A stretch of 42,939 nt of DNA from an uncultured bacterium (GCA_963978095.1 CAXBQP010000025.1:1-42939); one strand, 5' to 3'; positions 8,914 to 19,542 are shown, counted from the first letter of the stretch. Program-made: numbers and translations. Notes: generated by a model not told the origin, from the letters alone.

Positions 8914-9600
8914 ATGCCATTCCCAGGACTTGCAGACCGGTTGGCGGATGTTCGGGGTCGTGTCGCCGCAGCGGTTGCCCGTGGTGGACACGGCCAATCG
9001 GTGCGTTTGATCGCGGTCACGAAGACGCACGGCCCCGACGCGGTCGACGCTGCGTACGAGGCGGGCATTCATGACGTTGGGGAGAACAAGGTGCAGGAAG
9101 CGCTCGACAAACGGAGCCGCGTCACAGGTGCGGCGGTCGAGGCCCGTTGGCACATGATCGGGCACCTGCAAAGCAACAAGGTGCGCTTCCTGGATGGTTT
9201 CCATCTCGTGCATTCCGTGGATCGTACCTCGCTGGCAGACACGATCAGTGTGTGGGGGATGAAGCGGGGGATGCCGATCGACGTTCTGGTGCAGGTCAAT
9301 GTCGTCGGGGAGTGGACCAAGGGCGGCTACGCGCCAGCCATGATCGAAGCCGAGGCCGCCCGATTGCACACGCTGCCGGGCCTGAAGGTGCAGGGTGTGA
9401 TGGCGATGGCGCCGTTGGATGCCTCGGAACACGTGTTGCGCACCGTGTTCCAAGGGGCGCGGGCCACACGCGACGTGTTGCGCGCCGCGGGGCACGACGC
9501 CCGCGAGCTCTCGATGGGGATGTCGGGCGATTACGAGATTGCTGTCGAGGAGGGCGCGACGATGGTGCGCCTGGGGTCGATCCTTTTCGGAGCGAGATGA
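8914..9600 (+). CDS. yggS: PLP homeostasis protein, YggS family
   Basis: LIAVTKT (PLP Lys), GENKVQE, WHMIGHLQSNK, LSMGMSGDY, VRLGSILFG. Confidence 0.95.
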   Translation: MPFPGLADRLADVRGRVAAAVARGGHGQSVRLIAVTKTHGPDAVDAAYEAGIHDVGENKVQEALDKRSRVTGAAVEARWHMIGHLQSNKVRFLDGFHLVHSVDRTSLADTISVWGMKRGMPIDVLVQVNVVGEWTKGGYAPAMIEAEAARLHTLPGLKVQGVMAMAPLDASEHVLRTVFQGARATRDVLRAAGHDARELSMGMSGDYEIAVEEGATMVRLGSILFGAR

Positions 9601-10178
9601 CCATGACGGATGAAGCCTTTTATCTGACGGCGATGGACGCCCGCCGATTCGATTTCGGATCGGCGTTGCGCGGGTACGACAAATCGCGCGTCGATCAGTT
9701 CCGGGAGCAGGTCGCCGAGGAGCTCGAGCGTCTCGCGCGGGTGAATGCCGAGTTGGAGTCCAAGGCCCGCAGTTTCCACGAGCAGTTGCGCGCCTTCCGT
9801 GAGCGCGACAAAGCGCTGAACGAGGCGCTGATCTCGGCCCAGCAGATGCGCGCCGACACCAAGGAACAGGCGACGCGCGAGGCGGAGTTGATCGTGCGTG
9901 AGGCCCAGGCGGACGCCGACCGGATCGTCACCGAAGCGCGTGCGTCGACGGCCCGCCTGCGTGCGGAGATCGATGCGCTCGACCGCGCGCGCCGCGGGTT
10001 TCTGGCGCAGATGCGGGCCATGACCGAGCGACAGTTGGCGGAGTTGCAGGCCGCCGAGCAGGCGCCGTCGCCCGTCGCGTCGTTGGGAAGCGCGAGTGCG
10101 ACCGGTGAGGCCGGCGGCTCCTCTGAGGGTGGCGCGCGGCGTTCGTGGATGGATGCCAAGGTTGAGGAAGGCGAGTGA
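9597..10178 (+). CDS. divIVA: DivIVA-domain cell division/polarity protein
   Basis: N-terminal [26 protein letters not shown] followed by a long coiled coil; ATGA overlap with yggS (start 9597 or 9603). Confidence 0.88.
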   Translation: MTMTDEAFYLTAMDARRFDFGSALRGYDKSRVDQFREQVAEELERLARVNAELESKARSFHEQLRAFRERDKALNEALISAQQMRADTKEQATREAELIVREAQADADRIVTEARASTARLRAEIDALDRARRGFLAQMRAMTERQLAELQAAEQAPSPVASLGSASATGEAGGSSEGGARRSWMDAKVEEGE

Positions 10179-10182
10179 GCGC

Positions 10183-11067
10183 GTGAGTCACGCCCCCACC
10201 TCGGTCGAGCTCGCGGACGGCCGCCTGTTCGGGGCGGCGCACGCGCATACGCGGGCGGCGGTGGACGCTGCCGTGCGTGCGATCCGTGCACGCACGCCCG
10301 GCGTGCCCGAGGTGGCGATCATCCTCGGGACCGGTCTTGGCGCGCTCGGTGCCGCCATCGAGGTGACGCAGACGATCCCGTACGACGAGATCCCCGGCTT
10401 CCCGCTCTCCACGGTCGAGTCGCATCATGGGCGCCTGTTGTTCGGGACGCTCGGCGGCCGGCGGGTGGTGGCCATGCAGGGGCGGTTCCACCGCTACGAG
10501 GGGTACTCGCTGCAGCAGGTGACGTTCCCGGTTCGCGTGCTGCGGGCACTCGGCGCGCAGACGCTCGTCGTGAGCAACGCGTGCGGCGGCATGCATCCGT
10601 TGTGGGCCCCCGGCGACATCATGATGATCGCCGACCACATCAACCTGCTGGGTGACAGCCCGTTGATCGGGGCGAACGACGAGCGTTTCGGTCCTCGGTT
10701 CCCCGATCTGAGCGCCTGCTACGATGCCGCGTTGCGCGCGCTGGCGCGTGAGGTGGCCGTCGCGCATCGCGTCACGCTGCGCGAAGGCACGTACGTGGCC
10801 GTCCCGGGTCCCAATCTCGAGACGCGCGCGGAGTACCGCATGCTCCGACAGTTCGGTGCCGACGTGGTCGGGATGAGCACCGTGCCCGAGGTGATCGTGG
10901 CCGTACACGGCGGGATGCGGGTGCTCGGACTCTCGATCATCACCGATCAGTGTTTGCCTGACGCGCTCGTACCGGCCACGCTCGAGCAGATCATGGCCGT
11001 TGCCGCGAAGGCCGAACCCGTACTGACCACGCTCGTGACGGGCGTGCTGGAGAAGCTTCCCGCGTGA
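10183..11067 (+). CDS. punA: Purine-nucleoside phosphorylase (trimeric PNP family)
   Basis: [43 protein letters not shown] start at 10183 is inferred. Confidence 0.92.
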   Translation: MSHAPTSVELADGRLFGAAHAHTRAAVDAAVRAIRARTPGVPEVAIILGTGLGALGAAIEVTQTIPYDEIPGFPLSTVESHHGRLLFGTLGGRRVVAMQGRFHRYEGYSLQQVTFPVRVLRALGAQTLVVSNACGGMHPLWAPGDIMMIADHINLLGDSPLIGANDERFGPRFPDLSACYDAALRALAREVAVAHRVTLREGTYVAVPGPNLETRAEYRMLRQFGADVVGMSTVPEVIVAVHGGMRVLGLSIITDQCLPDALVPATLEQIMAVAAKAEPVLTTLVTGVLEKLPA

Positions 11068-14000
11068 CCGACAAGCAGCCGCACTACGCCGTTCTCCCTC
11101 CGGAACAGCCGGCCCGAGAGATGGAGGAAGCCCTTCTCGCGCGGTGGCGCGACGAGCGCCTGTTCGAACAGACGCTCGCGCAGCACGCGGACAAGCCGCG
11201 CTGGGTGTTCCTGGAAGGACCACCGACGGCCAATGGCCGTCCCGGGATCCATCATGTGTTCTCGCGAACGCTCAAGGACCTGTTCTGCCGCCATCGCTCG
11301 ATGACCGGCCACGCGGTGAGCCGGAAAGCGGGGTGGGACACGCACGGGTTGCCCGTGGAGATCGAGGTCGAGAAGGCGCTGGGCATCAGTGGCAAGCAGG
11401 ACATCGAGCGGTTCGGTATCGAGACGTTCAACGCGCGCTGCCGCGAGAGCGTCTGGACCTACCGGCAGGAGTGGGAGGCGATCAGCGGCCGGATCGGCTA
11501 CTGGCTCGACTATGAGAATCCCTACGTCACGTACTCCAACGAGTACGTGGAGTCGGTGTGGTGGGCGCTCGCCACGCTGTATAAGAAAGAGTTGCTGTTC
11601 CAAGGGCACAAGATCCTGCCGTATTGCCCGCGCTGCGGCACCGCGCTTTCGAGTCATGAAGTCGCCCAGGGCTATGAGGACGTGGAAGATCCGTCGGTGT
11701 ATCTCGCGCTGGATCTCGCGCATCCGGGCGATGGTCGGGTGAAGCGCCGGCGCATCGTGGTGTGGACCACGACGCCATGGACGCTCGTGTCCAACGCTGC
11801 GCTTGCCGTGCATCCGGATCTCACCTACGTCGAGGTGCGCAAGAACGGACGCGACGACTGGTCGCTGGTGCTCGCGGCGTCGCGTGCGGGCGCCGTGCTG
11901 GGGCAGGGATGGGAGGAGCGATGGGAGGTGCTCGCGACACACGCGGGGCGTGAGCTGGCGGGGCAGACGTACACACGCCCGCTCGACTGGGCGGCGTACC
12001 CCGACGGGCAGCACCAGATCATCGTTGCCGAGGAATTCGTGTCGGCCGACGATGGCTCGGGCGTCGTGCACATGGCCCCCGCGTTCGGCGCGGATGACTA
12101 TGCCGCCGGGCAGCGTCATGGACTCAGCTTCCTCCAGCCGGTGAACGCGCGTGGCGAGTTCCCCGCGGACATGCCGGTCGTCGGCGGGTTGTTCGTGAAG
12201 AAGGCGGACCCGCTGATCATCGACGAGCTCAAGAAGCGCGATGTGCTGTGGAAGGCCGGAACGCTCACGCACCCGTATCCCCACTGCTGGCGGTGTCGCA
12301 CGCCGTTGCTGTACTACGCGCGGACGTCGTGGTTCATCAGGACGACCGCCTTCAAGGACCGCATGATGGCGGCGAACGCCGCCGTGAACTGGAATCCGCC
12401 CGAGGTGGGAGCCGGCCGTTTCGGTCAGTGGCTGGAGAACAACATCGACTGGGCGATCTCGCGCGACCGCTACTGGGGGACGCCGCTGCCCGTGTGGGTC
12501 AACGACGCGGACCCGGCCGAGCGGCAGGTGGTGGGGAGCTACGCCGAACTCGCGGCGCTGTCCGGGCGCGAGCTGCCGGCCGACTTCGATCCGCACAAGC
12601 CGTTCATCGACCGCTACACTTGGCCCGCGCCGTCGGGTACTGGCACGATGCGGCGAGTCCCAGAGGTGATCGACACCTGGTTCGACTCGGGCTCCATGCC
12701 CTTTGCGCAGTGGCACTATCCGTTCGAGCATGCCGACGAGTTCCGTGCGCACTTCCCCGGCGATTTCATCGCGGAGGGGGTCGATCAGACACGCGGCTGG
12801 TTCTATTCGCTGCTCGCGATCGCGACCGGACTCGGCGACGATCTGCACCCCGGGGCGCAGCGCCACGCCACAAGCCCGTACCGGAACGTGGTGGTGAACG
12901 ATCTGGTGCTCGATGCCGCGGGGCAGAAGATGTCCAAATCGCGTGGCAACACCGTGGCGCCGGCGGCGGTGCTCGAGCGGCACGGTGCCGACGCCGTGCG
13001 ATTGTTCCTGGTGAGCGCCAGCCAGATTTGGAAGCCGCGCAGTTTCGACGAGGCCGTGATCCGCGACACCGCGGGGCGCTTCCTCCTCACACTGAAGAAC
13101 GTCTACAAGTTCTTCGCGGAGCTCGCCAATTTCGGGTGGACGCCCGGTGCAGCGGATCCGCGACCGGAAGAGCGGGCGTTGCTCGATCAGTGGATTCTTT
13201 CGCGCCTCACGGCCACCGAGGCCGACGCGAACCGGTTGCTCGAGGCCTTTGATGCCACGAGCGCGGCGCGTGTGGTGATGGAGTTCGTGGACGAGGACTT
13301 GTCCAAGTGGTACGTCCGCCTCTCCCGTGATCGGTTCTACGACGTGTCAGCGCCGCACAACCGGGCCGCATTCGCGACCTTGCACGAATGTTTGGTGGTG
13401 GTGTGCCGGTTGCTCGCCCCGTTGGCGCCCTTCCTGCCGGATTGGATGCATCGCGAGCTCACGGGCACCTCGGTGCATCTCGCGCCCTACGCCCGCGCGA
13501 CGCCGTTCGCGGTGCAGCCGGAGCTCGAGGTCGCGATGCGGGAGATCCGCGCCTTGGCGACGCTGGGTCGCGCCGCGCGGGAGTCGGCCGGTGTGAAAGT
13601 GCGGCAGCCGCTGGGGGCGATGATCTGCGTGACCGGTCGGTTGTCGGCCGACGCCACCACGTGCGTGCGTGCCCTCGCGCCGTTGCTGCAGCTGGAACTG
13701 AACCTGAAGGCGATCGAGTTCGCCACCAGCGCCGACGCCTTGGTGTCCCTCGAGGCCAAGCCGAACTTCCGGACGTTGGGCAAGCGATGGGGGAAAGAGA
13801 CCCCGCGTGCCGCGGCCGCGATCGCCGCACTCGACAGCGATACGCTGCGCGCCTTCGAGAACGGCACGCCCGTGATCATCCGCGTCGATGACACCGCGCA
13901 TGCACTGCTCGCCGACGAGGTCGGGATCCAGCGGCGTGCCAGTGGCGCGTTGGTCGTCCAGGAGGACGGGACGCGGTTCGCCGCACTCGATCCGGTGATC

Positions 14001-14279
14001 TCGCCGGCCTTGCGGAGTGAAGGGCTCGCGCGCGAGGTGGTCAGCCGGGTGCAGCGCATGCGCAAGGAGACCGGTCTGCAGGTCAGTGACCGGATTCAGC
14101 TCGAAATCAGTGGACCGGATGCGGTGCGTGATGCGGTCGCCGCGCACCGCGAGTGGATCGCCGGCGAGGTCCTTGCGGCCTCGCTCGTCACCAAGGATGC
14201 GACCGACGTAGCTTTCACCGCCGTTGCCGTCGACCTCGACGGCATCACGGCACATTTCGCTCTCACCAAGGACCGCTGA
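11064..14279 (+). CDS. ileS: Isoleucine--tRNA ligase, type 2 (IleRS2)
   Basis: [45 protein letters not shown]. Long IleRS2-type C-terminus ([19 protein letters not shown]) with no C-terminal Zn finger. Confidence 0.97.
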   Translation: MTDKQPHYAVLPPEQPAREMEEALLARWRDERLFEQTLAQHADKPRWVFLEGPPTANGRPGIHHVFSRTLKDLFCRHRSMTGHAVSRKAGWDTHGLPVEIEVEKALGISGKQDIERFGIETFNARCRESVWTYRQEWEAISGRIGYWLDYENPYVTYSNEYVESVWWALATLYKKELLFQGHKILPYCPRCGTALSSHEVAQGYEDVEDPSVYLALDLAHPGDGRVKRRRIVVWTTTPWTLVSNAALAVHPDLTYVEVRKNGRDDWSLVLAASRAGAVLGQGWEERWEVLATHAGRELAGQTYTRPLDWAAYPDGQHQIIVAEEFVSADDGSGVVHMAPAFGADDYAAGQRHGLSFLQPVNARGEFPADMPVVGGLFVKKADPLIIDELKKRDVLWKAGTLTHPYPHCWRCRTPLLYYARTSWFIRTTAFKDRMMAANAAVNWNPPEVGAGRFGQWLENNIDWAISRDRYWGTPLPVWVNDADPAERQVVGSYAELAALSGRELPADFDPHKPFIDRYTWPAPSGTGTMRRVPEVIDTWFDSGSMPFAQWHYPFEHADEFRAHFPGDFIAEGVDQTRGWFYSLLAIATGLGDDLHPGAQRHATSPYRNVVVNDLVLDAAGQKMSKSRGNTVAPAAVLERHGADAVRLFLVSASQIWKPRSFDEAVIRDTAGRFLLTLKNVYKFFAELANFGWTPGAADPRPEERALLDQWILSRLTATEADANRLLEAFDATSAARVVMEFVDEDLSKWYVRLSRDRFYDVSAPHNRAAFATLHECLVVVCRLLAPLAPFLPDWMHRELTGTSVHLAPYARATPFAVQPELEVAMREIRALATLGRAARESAGVKVRQPLGAMICVTGRLSADATTCVRALAPLLQLELNLKAIEFATSADALVSLEAKPNFRTLGKRWGKETPRAAAAIAALDSDTLRAFENGTPVIIRVDDTAHALLADEVGIQRRASGALVVQEDGTRFAALDPVISPALRSEGLAREVVSRVQRMRKETGLQVSDRIQLEISGPDAVRDAVAAHREWIAGEVLAASLVTKDATDVAFTAVAVDLDGITAHFALTKDR

Positions 14280-14281
14280 CG

Positions 14282-14707
14282 ATGCCTGGTACTGGCCCCA
14301 CGACCGGCGAAAAGAAGTTCAAGCCCATGCCGAAGAAGCAGATCGCGTACTTCGAGAAGCGGTTGCTCGAGGAACGTCGTCGTGTGGTGAAGGAGCTCGG
14401 GCATTATGACGAGACCTTCGGGTCCTCGCCCCAGGGTGCGGACGGCGACCTCTCGTCGTACTCCTTCCACATGGCGGATCAGGGGACCGATGCGATGGAG
14501 CGGGAGAAGGCCGCGCTCTTCGCCAGCCAGGAAGGACGGTTCCTGTGGCACATCGACCAGGCCCTGCGGCGGTTGTACCGCACGCCCGAGACGTACGGCA
14601 TGTGCCACCAGTGCAAGGGCGAGATCCATTTCGATCGTCTCGACGCTCTCCCGCACGCGCGGTTCTGCATCGATTGCAAGCAGCGGGAGGAAGATGCAAA
14701 GAAGTGA
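14282..14707 (+). CDS. TraR/DksA C4-type zinc finger protein
   Basis: Coiled coil with tip HMADQGTD, YGMCHQC...RLDALPHARFCIDC. Confidence 0.9.
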   Translation: MPGTGPTTGEKKFKPMPKKQIAYFEKRLLEERRRVVKELGHYDETFGSSPQGADGDLSSYSFHMADQGTDAMEREKAALFASQEGRFLWHIDQALRRLYRTPETYGMCHQCKGEIHFDRLDALPHARFCIDCKQREEDAKK

Positions 14708-15302
14708 GCCGACCGCGGCGCAAGGGCGGGCGTTCTGGTCGATTGCAGCGGCCGTCGTGCTGGCCGACGCGTTCACCAAGATCGTGGCGGTGGACGCCCT
14801 GTCGCCGGTGTACCTCCCGCGGCGCGTGATCGGCGAGGCGGTGCGATTCACGCTCGTGTACAACCCCGGCGCGGCGTTCGGGCTTCACCTCGGACCGTGG
14901 TCGCGCGGCATCTTTACCGGGCTCACATTGGTGGCGCTCGTCGTGCTCGGGCAGTTGCAGCGTGCGACGCGTGCCGGCGACTGGCTGCGGACCGTCGCGG
15001 TCGGGCTGGTCTGTGGTGGGGCCGTCGGGAATCTCCTGGACCGGCTGAAGTCCGCGCGTGGTGTCGTCGATTTCATCGACGTGGGGATCGGCAGTGCGCG
15101 CTGGCCGACGTTCAACGTCGCCGATATCGCGGTGACCTGTGGCGCCGTGTTGTTGGCGTTCGTCCTGTGGCAGGAAGACATGCGGGACCGGAGCGCAGCG
15201 GCGCACGCTGTGCCCTCGTCGGCGGCTGACCTTCCGGCGCCTGCGGCGCGCGAGGCGTTTGCCGAGGGAGCCCATGGAACGGACGCAGCGATTCACGGTT
15301 GA
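14694..15302 (+). CDS. lspA: Lipoprotein signal peptidase II
   Basis: DAFTK, YNPGAAFG, GAVGNLLDR, GVVDFID, PTFNVAD. Confidence 0.95.
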   Translation: MQRSEPTAAQGRAFWSIAAAVVLADAFTKIVAVDALSPVYLPRRVIGEAVRFTLVYNPGAAFGLHLGPWSRGIFTGLTLVALVVLGQLQRATRAGDWLRTVAVGLVCGGAVGNLLDRLKSARGVVDFIDVGIGSARWPTFNVADIAVTCGAVLLAFVLWQEDMRDRSAAAHAVPSSAADLPAPAAREAFAEGAHGTDAAIHG

Positions 15303-16254
15303 GGACGGGGACGACGAGCGACTCGACGTCCTGGTCGCCCGCCGCCTCGATCTCTCGCGCACGCAGAGCGCGACGCTCATTGCCAACCGGGCCGTGACCG
15401 TCAATGGTCAACCGGAGAAGGCCTCGTTCCGCGCGGAGGTGGGAAGCGAGATCGTGGTGACCTCGCCGGAACCCGTGGCGCATCCCGTGCTCGCCGAGGA
15501 TATCGCGATCAGCGTCGTGTTCGAGGATGAGCACATGATGGTCGTCGACAAGGCGGCCGGCATGGTCGTGCATCCGGCGCCGGGACATTGGAGCGGCACG
15601 CTGGTGAACGCGCTGAAAGGTCGCGGGCAGGCGCTGGCCGACGCCGGAGACGAGGATCGCGCGGGCCTCGTGCATCGCCTCGACAAGGACACGTCGGGGT
15701 TGATCGTCGTGGCCAAGTCCGAGGTGGCGCATCGGGTGCTCAGCAAGGCGATGGCCGAGCGCAGGGTGTCGCGCCGGTATGCCGTGCTGTCCTGGGGGCA
15801 CATCGACGCCCCGGCGCTGACCGTGGACAAGCCGATCGGCCGTGACCCGAATGACCGGAAGAAGATGGCCGTCCTCGCGGGCGGCCGCCCGGCAAAGACT
15901 GATTTCGTGAAGCTCGCGCGTTTCGACTCCGTGGAGTTGTTGCGGGCACACCTGCACACGGGGCGGACGCATCAGATCCGCGTGCACATGGCGTCGGTTG
16001 GGCACCCCGTCGTGGGAGACGATACGTACGGCGGTGGTGGCGCACGCCGCATCGTGGCCCTTCCGCCGAAGCGGCACTTCCTGCATGCCGCGTGGTTGGT
16101 GCTCAAGCATCCGGTCAGCGGGGAGTTGCTGGATTTCCGCTCTGTGCTCCCCATGGATTTGCGGACCTCGCTGGTCGCGGTCAGCGGCATGCCGGAGTTG
16201 CGGTCCGTGCCGGATCCGCTGGATTTCCTCGGCTTCTATGCCATCGAGGGCTGA
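15274..16254 (+). CDS. rluD: RluA-family 23S rRNA pseudouridine synthase (RluD-like)
   Basis: S4 domain RLDVLVA, HRLDKDTSG (catalytic Asp), TGRTHQIRVH, LHAAWL. Confidence 0.9.
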   Translation: MERTQRFTVEDGDDERLDVLVARRLDLSRTQSATLIANRAVTVNGQPEKASFRAEVGSEIVVTSPEPVAHPVLAEDIAISVVFEDEHMMVVDKAAGMVVHPAPGHWSGTLVNALKGRGQALADAGDEDRAGLVHRLDKDTSGLIVVAKSEVAHRVLSKAMAERRVSRRYAVLSWGHIDAPALTVDKPIGRDPNDRKKMAVLAGGRPAKTDFVKLARFDSVELLRAHLHTGRTHQIRVHMASVGHPVVGDDTYGGGGARRIVALPPKRHFLHAAWLVLKHPVSGELLDFRSVLPMDLRTSLVAVSGMPELRSVPDPLDFLGFYAIEG

Positions 16255-17035
16255 GGAGCGGCTCCGGTTCGAGACCTTCGTGGTCGGCGCGGGCAACCGC
16301 GCTGCCGTCCTGGCGGTCACGGCGGTCGCCGAGCATGTGGGGCGCTCCGACAGCCCGCTGATCATCACCGGCGGCGTGGGAACGGGAAAGACCCATCTCC
16401 TCCGCGCGCTGCGGCATTTCGTCGCCGGAAGATTCCCGGGGCGTCCGCACTTGGTGCTCGATCCGCACGCGCTTGATGCGATCGCCGGTTCCCCCGAGCG
16501 ACGCGCCGAAGTGCTGCAGCAGGCCCAGCGCGCGTTCCTGATCGCACTGGACGATCTGTCGCACCTCGAGGGGAAGACCGCCGCGTGCCAACTGCTCGCG
16601 CGCATCGTGGACGCCGCCGACATGTCGCAAGTCGTCCTGACCGCGGATCGTCCGGTCGAGCAGCTTGCTGGGCTTGGCGCATCGCTGCGCAGCCGGCTCG
16701 CGGTCGGGGTGCAGGTGGCGATCGATCCGCCGGACCTGCAGACGCGTGCCGCACTCGTGCACGCGGCGGCACTGGAATACGGGGCCACGTTGACGGACGC
16801 GGCCATCGACGAAATCGCGCGCTTCGCGATCACGGACGCGCGGCAGTTGTTCGGCTATGTGCGACGACTCGTGGCCACCCAACGATTCCAGGTGAAGGTG
16901 GAATCGCCGCGGCGACCGGAGCTGGTGGAGCGCGCGAGCGAGGGCTTCGAGGATCTCCTCGTGTTCGCGGATCCCGAGAAGATCGTGTGGGACTGGCCGG
17001 AGATGTCGGCGCGGTTGATCGAGGAGCTCGACTGA
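16238..17035 (+). CDS. DnaA/Hda-family AAA+ ATPase comprising DnaA domain III only
   Basis: FETFVVGAGN, Walker A GGVGTGKTHLL, Walker B LIALDD, sensor I LTADRP, box VII LRSRL, PPDLQTR, sensor II DARQL. No domain I/II and no domain IV. Confidence 0.88.
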   Translation: MPSRAEERLRFETFVVGAGNRAAVLAVTAVAEHVGRSDSPLIITGGVGTGKTHLLRALRHFVAGRFPGRPHLVLDPHALDAIAGSPERRAEVLQQAQRAFLIALDDLSHLEGKTAACQLLARIVDAADMSQVVLTADRPVEQLAGLGASLRSRLAVGVQVAIDPPDLQTRAALVHAAALEYGATLTDAAIDEIARFAITDARQLFGYVRRLVATQRFQVKVESPRRPELVERASEGFEDLLVFADPEKIVWDWPEMSARLIEELD

Positions 17036-18663
17036 TGGCGATCAAGGGAAGCCTGCGTGAGGCGAGCCTCGCCGACGTCCTCCAGCTGCTGGCGATGGGG
17101 CAGAAGACCGGGTGCCTGTCGGTGACGGATCGGGGGAGCGTTGGGGCGATCTACTTCGAGCACGGACAGATCACGCACGCGGCGCTGGCGAATCGCCGCG
17201 ACCGGCTGGGCGAGGTCCTCGTGCGCAGTGGTGTGGTCAGCGCGGAACAGCTGCAGGTCGCGCTCGACGCCCAAGTCGCGCGTCGCGGGCAGAAGCTCGG
17301 TGAGGTGCTCGTCGAGTTGGGGGCGATCTCGTCGCCGGATCTCGAACGCGCGGTGCGGGGGCAGATCGAGCACATCGTGTTCTTCCTCTTCACGTGGATG
17401 GACGGCACCTTCAACTTCGAGCCGGATGTCATGCCGCAGGATCAGGTGTTCCTCGTGGCGATGAACGCGGAGTCGCTGCTGCTCGAAGGTGCACGCCGCG
17501 TGGACGAATGGTCCCTGATCGAGAAGAAGATCCCCTCGTTCGGCGTGGTGTTCCAGTTGGACCATCGCAAGCTCGAACTGATGACGCCGGAGCTCTCGCG
17601 TGAGCAGGAGCGTCTGGTGCCGCTGATCGACGGACTTCGCGACGTCTCGGCGCTCGCCGACGAGTGTGGTCTTGGCGAGTTCGAGGTGGGGAAAGCGCTG
17701 TACGGGCTGGCCATGGCCGGATATCTCACCATTGTGCCGAAACGTTTGGAGAGTGTCGTCCGGGTCGTGGATTCCCTTGCCGAAGAGCAGGTGGCGCTGG
17801 GCACGGCGCTCTACCGGGCCGGGATGTACGCCGACGCCGAGGAGGAGTTCCGGCGCGTGCTCCAACAGCGGCCGCGCGACTCGAGGGCGCGGAGTTTTCT
17901 TGGCCTCTTGCAGTTGCGCGGCGGGCGGTGGGCAGCCGCTGCCGCGCAGTTCGAGGAGGCGTCCCGCACCCGTCCGGTGGCGTGGCATGTGTTCCATCAC
18001 CTCGCGCTCGCGTACGAGCGCGCCGGGCAGTTGGTGCAGGCGCGTGAAGCGCTGCTCGAAGCGGCTGCGCGCGGCGGATCCTCGGATCCGCGTGTCCTCC
18101 TCTCGTTCGGCGTCATCGCGCTGCGCGAGGGTGACTTGACCACCGCGGCGACCTTCCTTGATGATGCCCGCGCTGCGTATGGCTCGCGCGTCGTTCCCGC
18201 GGTCTGGTTCCATTACGCCGGCCTCGTCGCTGCGCTCGCCGGTCGGACTTCGGCCGCGGTCGCTACGCTCCGCGAGGGCGTGGAGGCCCATCCGAAGGCC
18301 GCTCGGCTCCACAACAATCTGTCCGTCGCCCTCGAGCGCAACGGCGCTCATGGCGATGCGCTCGTCACGGCGACCGCTGGCGCCAAGATCGACCCGGGCA
18401 TTCCGCAACTCGCCAAGAACATCGGCGATGAGCAGTTCCGGCGTGGCGCGCTGGATGATGCGCAGGTGGCGTACCAGCGCGCGGTCACGATCGACGAGAC
18501 GCTCGGCCCCGACGTCTGGATCAAGCTGGGGGAGATTGCGGCGGCGCGTCATCAGATGGGGGACGCCCGTCGCTGCTGGGAGCGGACGCTCGCGCTGGAT
18601 CCCGGCAATCCGACGGCGACCGCGCAGTTGGCCTCCTTGGCGGAACACCCGTTGCATGACTGA
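17035..18663 (+). CDS. DUF4388 (PATAN-like) protein with an inserted MshEN motif pair, a wHTH-like segment and C-terminal TPRs
   Basis: GSLREASLADVLQLL..TGCL..IYFEHG...W.DGTFNF...LLLEGARRVDE; RLGEVLVRSGVVSAEQLQVALDAQ; multiple TPRs; TGATG overlap with the upstream gene. Confidence 0.88.
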   Translation: MAIKGSLREASLADVLQLLAMGQKTGCLSVTDRGSVGAIYFEHGQITHAALANRRDRLGEVLVRSGVVSAEQLQVALDAQVARRGQKLGEVLVELGAISSPDLERAVRGQIEHIVFFLFTWMDGTFNFEPDVMPQDQVFLVAMNAESLLLEGARRVDEWSLIEKKIPSFGVVFQLDHRKLELMTPELSREQERLVPLIDGLRDVSALADECGLGEFEVGKALYGLAMAGYLTIVPKRLESVVRVVDSLAEEQVALGTALYRAGMYADAEEEFRRVLQQRPRDSRARSFLGLLQLRGGRWAAAAAQFEEASRTRPVAWHVFHHLALAYERAGQLVQAREALLEAAARGGSSDPRVLLSFGVIALREGDLTTAATFLDDARAAYGSRVVPAVWFHYAGLVAALAGRTSAAVATLREGVEAHPKAARLHNNLSVALERNGAHGDALVTATAGAKIDPGIPQLAKNIGDEQFRRGALDDAQVAYQRAVTIDETLGPDVWIKLGEIAAARHQMGDARRCWERTLALDPGNPTATAQLASLAEHPLHD

Positions 18664-19519
18664 CGAAACGCCGTCCGCCCTCAAGGCCCGCTATTACGGG
18701 ATCGACCAGCGACTCGATGCCGGTCTGGTCGAGAGCGAGCGCGCCGCGGTGAAGCAGGAGATTGTGCTCCTGTTCCGCCATGTGGAGCAGCAACTCGCCG
18801 AACTCGCGCAGCTGAAGGACGACATCAGGCGGCTCGTCGAGAAATGGAAGGCGCAGCAGGCCGCCGCGGCTACGTCGCTCGCTCCTCAGTTCAGCGTGGA
18901 ACGGCCAGCGGTGCAAGCGGATCACCTCGGGGCGTCGACCTTCATCGACAAAGGATGGAGTCGGCTGTCACTCGGCGACCACGAGGGCGCGGAAGCGGCG
19001 CTGATGCGCGCCCTCGAACTGTCGCCGAACGATCCCACGGGCGAATCGTTGCTCGGATGGGCTCAGATGCTGCAGGAGAAGTTCGAGCCGGCGTTGGCGA
19101 ACTTCCAGAAGGTCCTGATCCGTGAGCCCGCGAATGCGCTGGCTCGGGTCAATGTGGGGTATATCTGCCTGAAGCGGCGGACCTTCGCCGACGCGATCGA
19201 GCATCTGTCGAAGGCGATCCGACTCGGCAACGATCCGAAGGCGTCGTTATACGCGCATTTTTATCTCGGGCTGGTCTACCTCGAGCGCGAGATGTTCGAG
19301 GACGCGGAGAACTTCTTCCTCAAGACGATCGTGCTCGGGCCCAACCTGATCGAGGCCCATTGCGAGCTTGGCTGGGCCTACTGGCTGAACGACCAACGCC
19401 CCCAGGCGCTGGAGAGCTGGTCGCGAGGCGCGGCGGCGAACAAGTTCAATCCGTGGGGCAAGCGGTGTGCTGAGCTGCTGAAGGCCGCCGCCAACGGCGC
19501 GGAGCTCGTACGCGGCTGA
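18656..19519 (+). CDS. Coiled-coil plus TPR protein
   Basis: N-terminal coiled coil, then about 5 TPRs (e.g. ARVNVGYICL, AHFYLGLVYL, AHCELGWAY); 8-nt overlap with the upstream gene. Confidence 0.85.
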   Translation: MTDETPSALKARYYGIDQRLDAGLVESERAAVKQEIVLLFRHVEQQLAELAQLKDDIRRLVEKWKAQQAAAATSLAPQFSVERPAVQADHLGASTFIDKGWSRLSLGDHEGAEAALMRALELSPNDPTGESLLGWAQMLQEKFEPALANFQKVLIREPANALARVNVGYICLKRRTFADAIEHLSKAIRLGNDPKASLYAHFYLGLVYLEREMFEDAENFFLKTIVLGPNLIEAHCELGWAYWLNDQRPQALESWSRGAAANKFNPWGKRCAELLKAAANGAELVRG

Positions 19520-19542
19520 TCGTCCGCGCCGTCGCGGCGGCG

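Noticed and set aside
11000..11067. T-box leader for ileS
   Set aside because: ileS overlaps punA by 4 nt, leaving no leader.
16238..17035. Calling this gene dnaA or hda
   Set aside because: It has no domain I or DNA-binding domain IV, so it is not a full DnaA. It has no N-terminal clamp-binding motif, so it is not a clear Hda.
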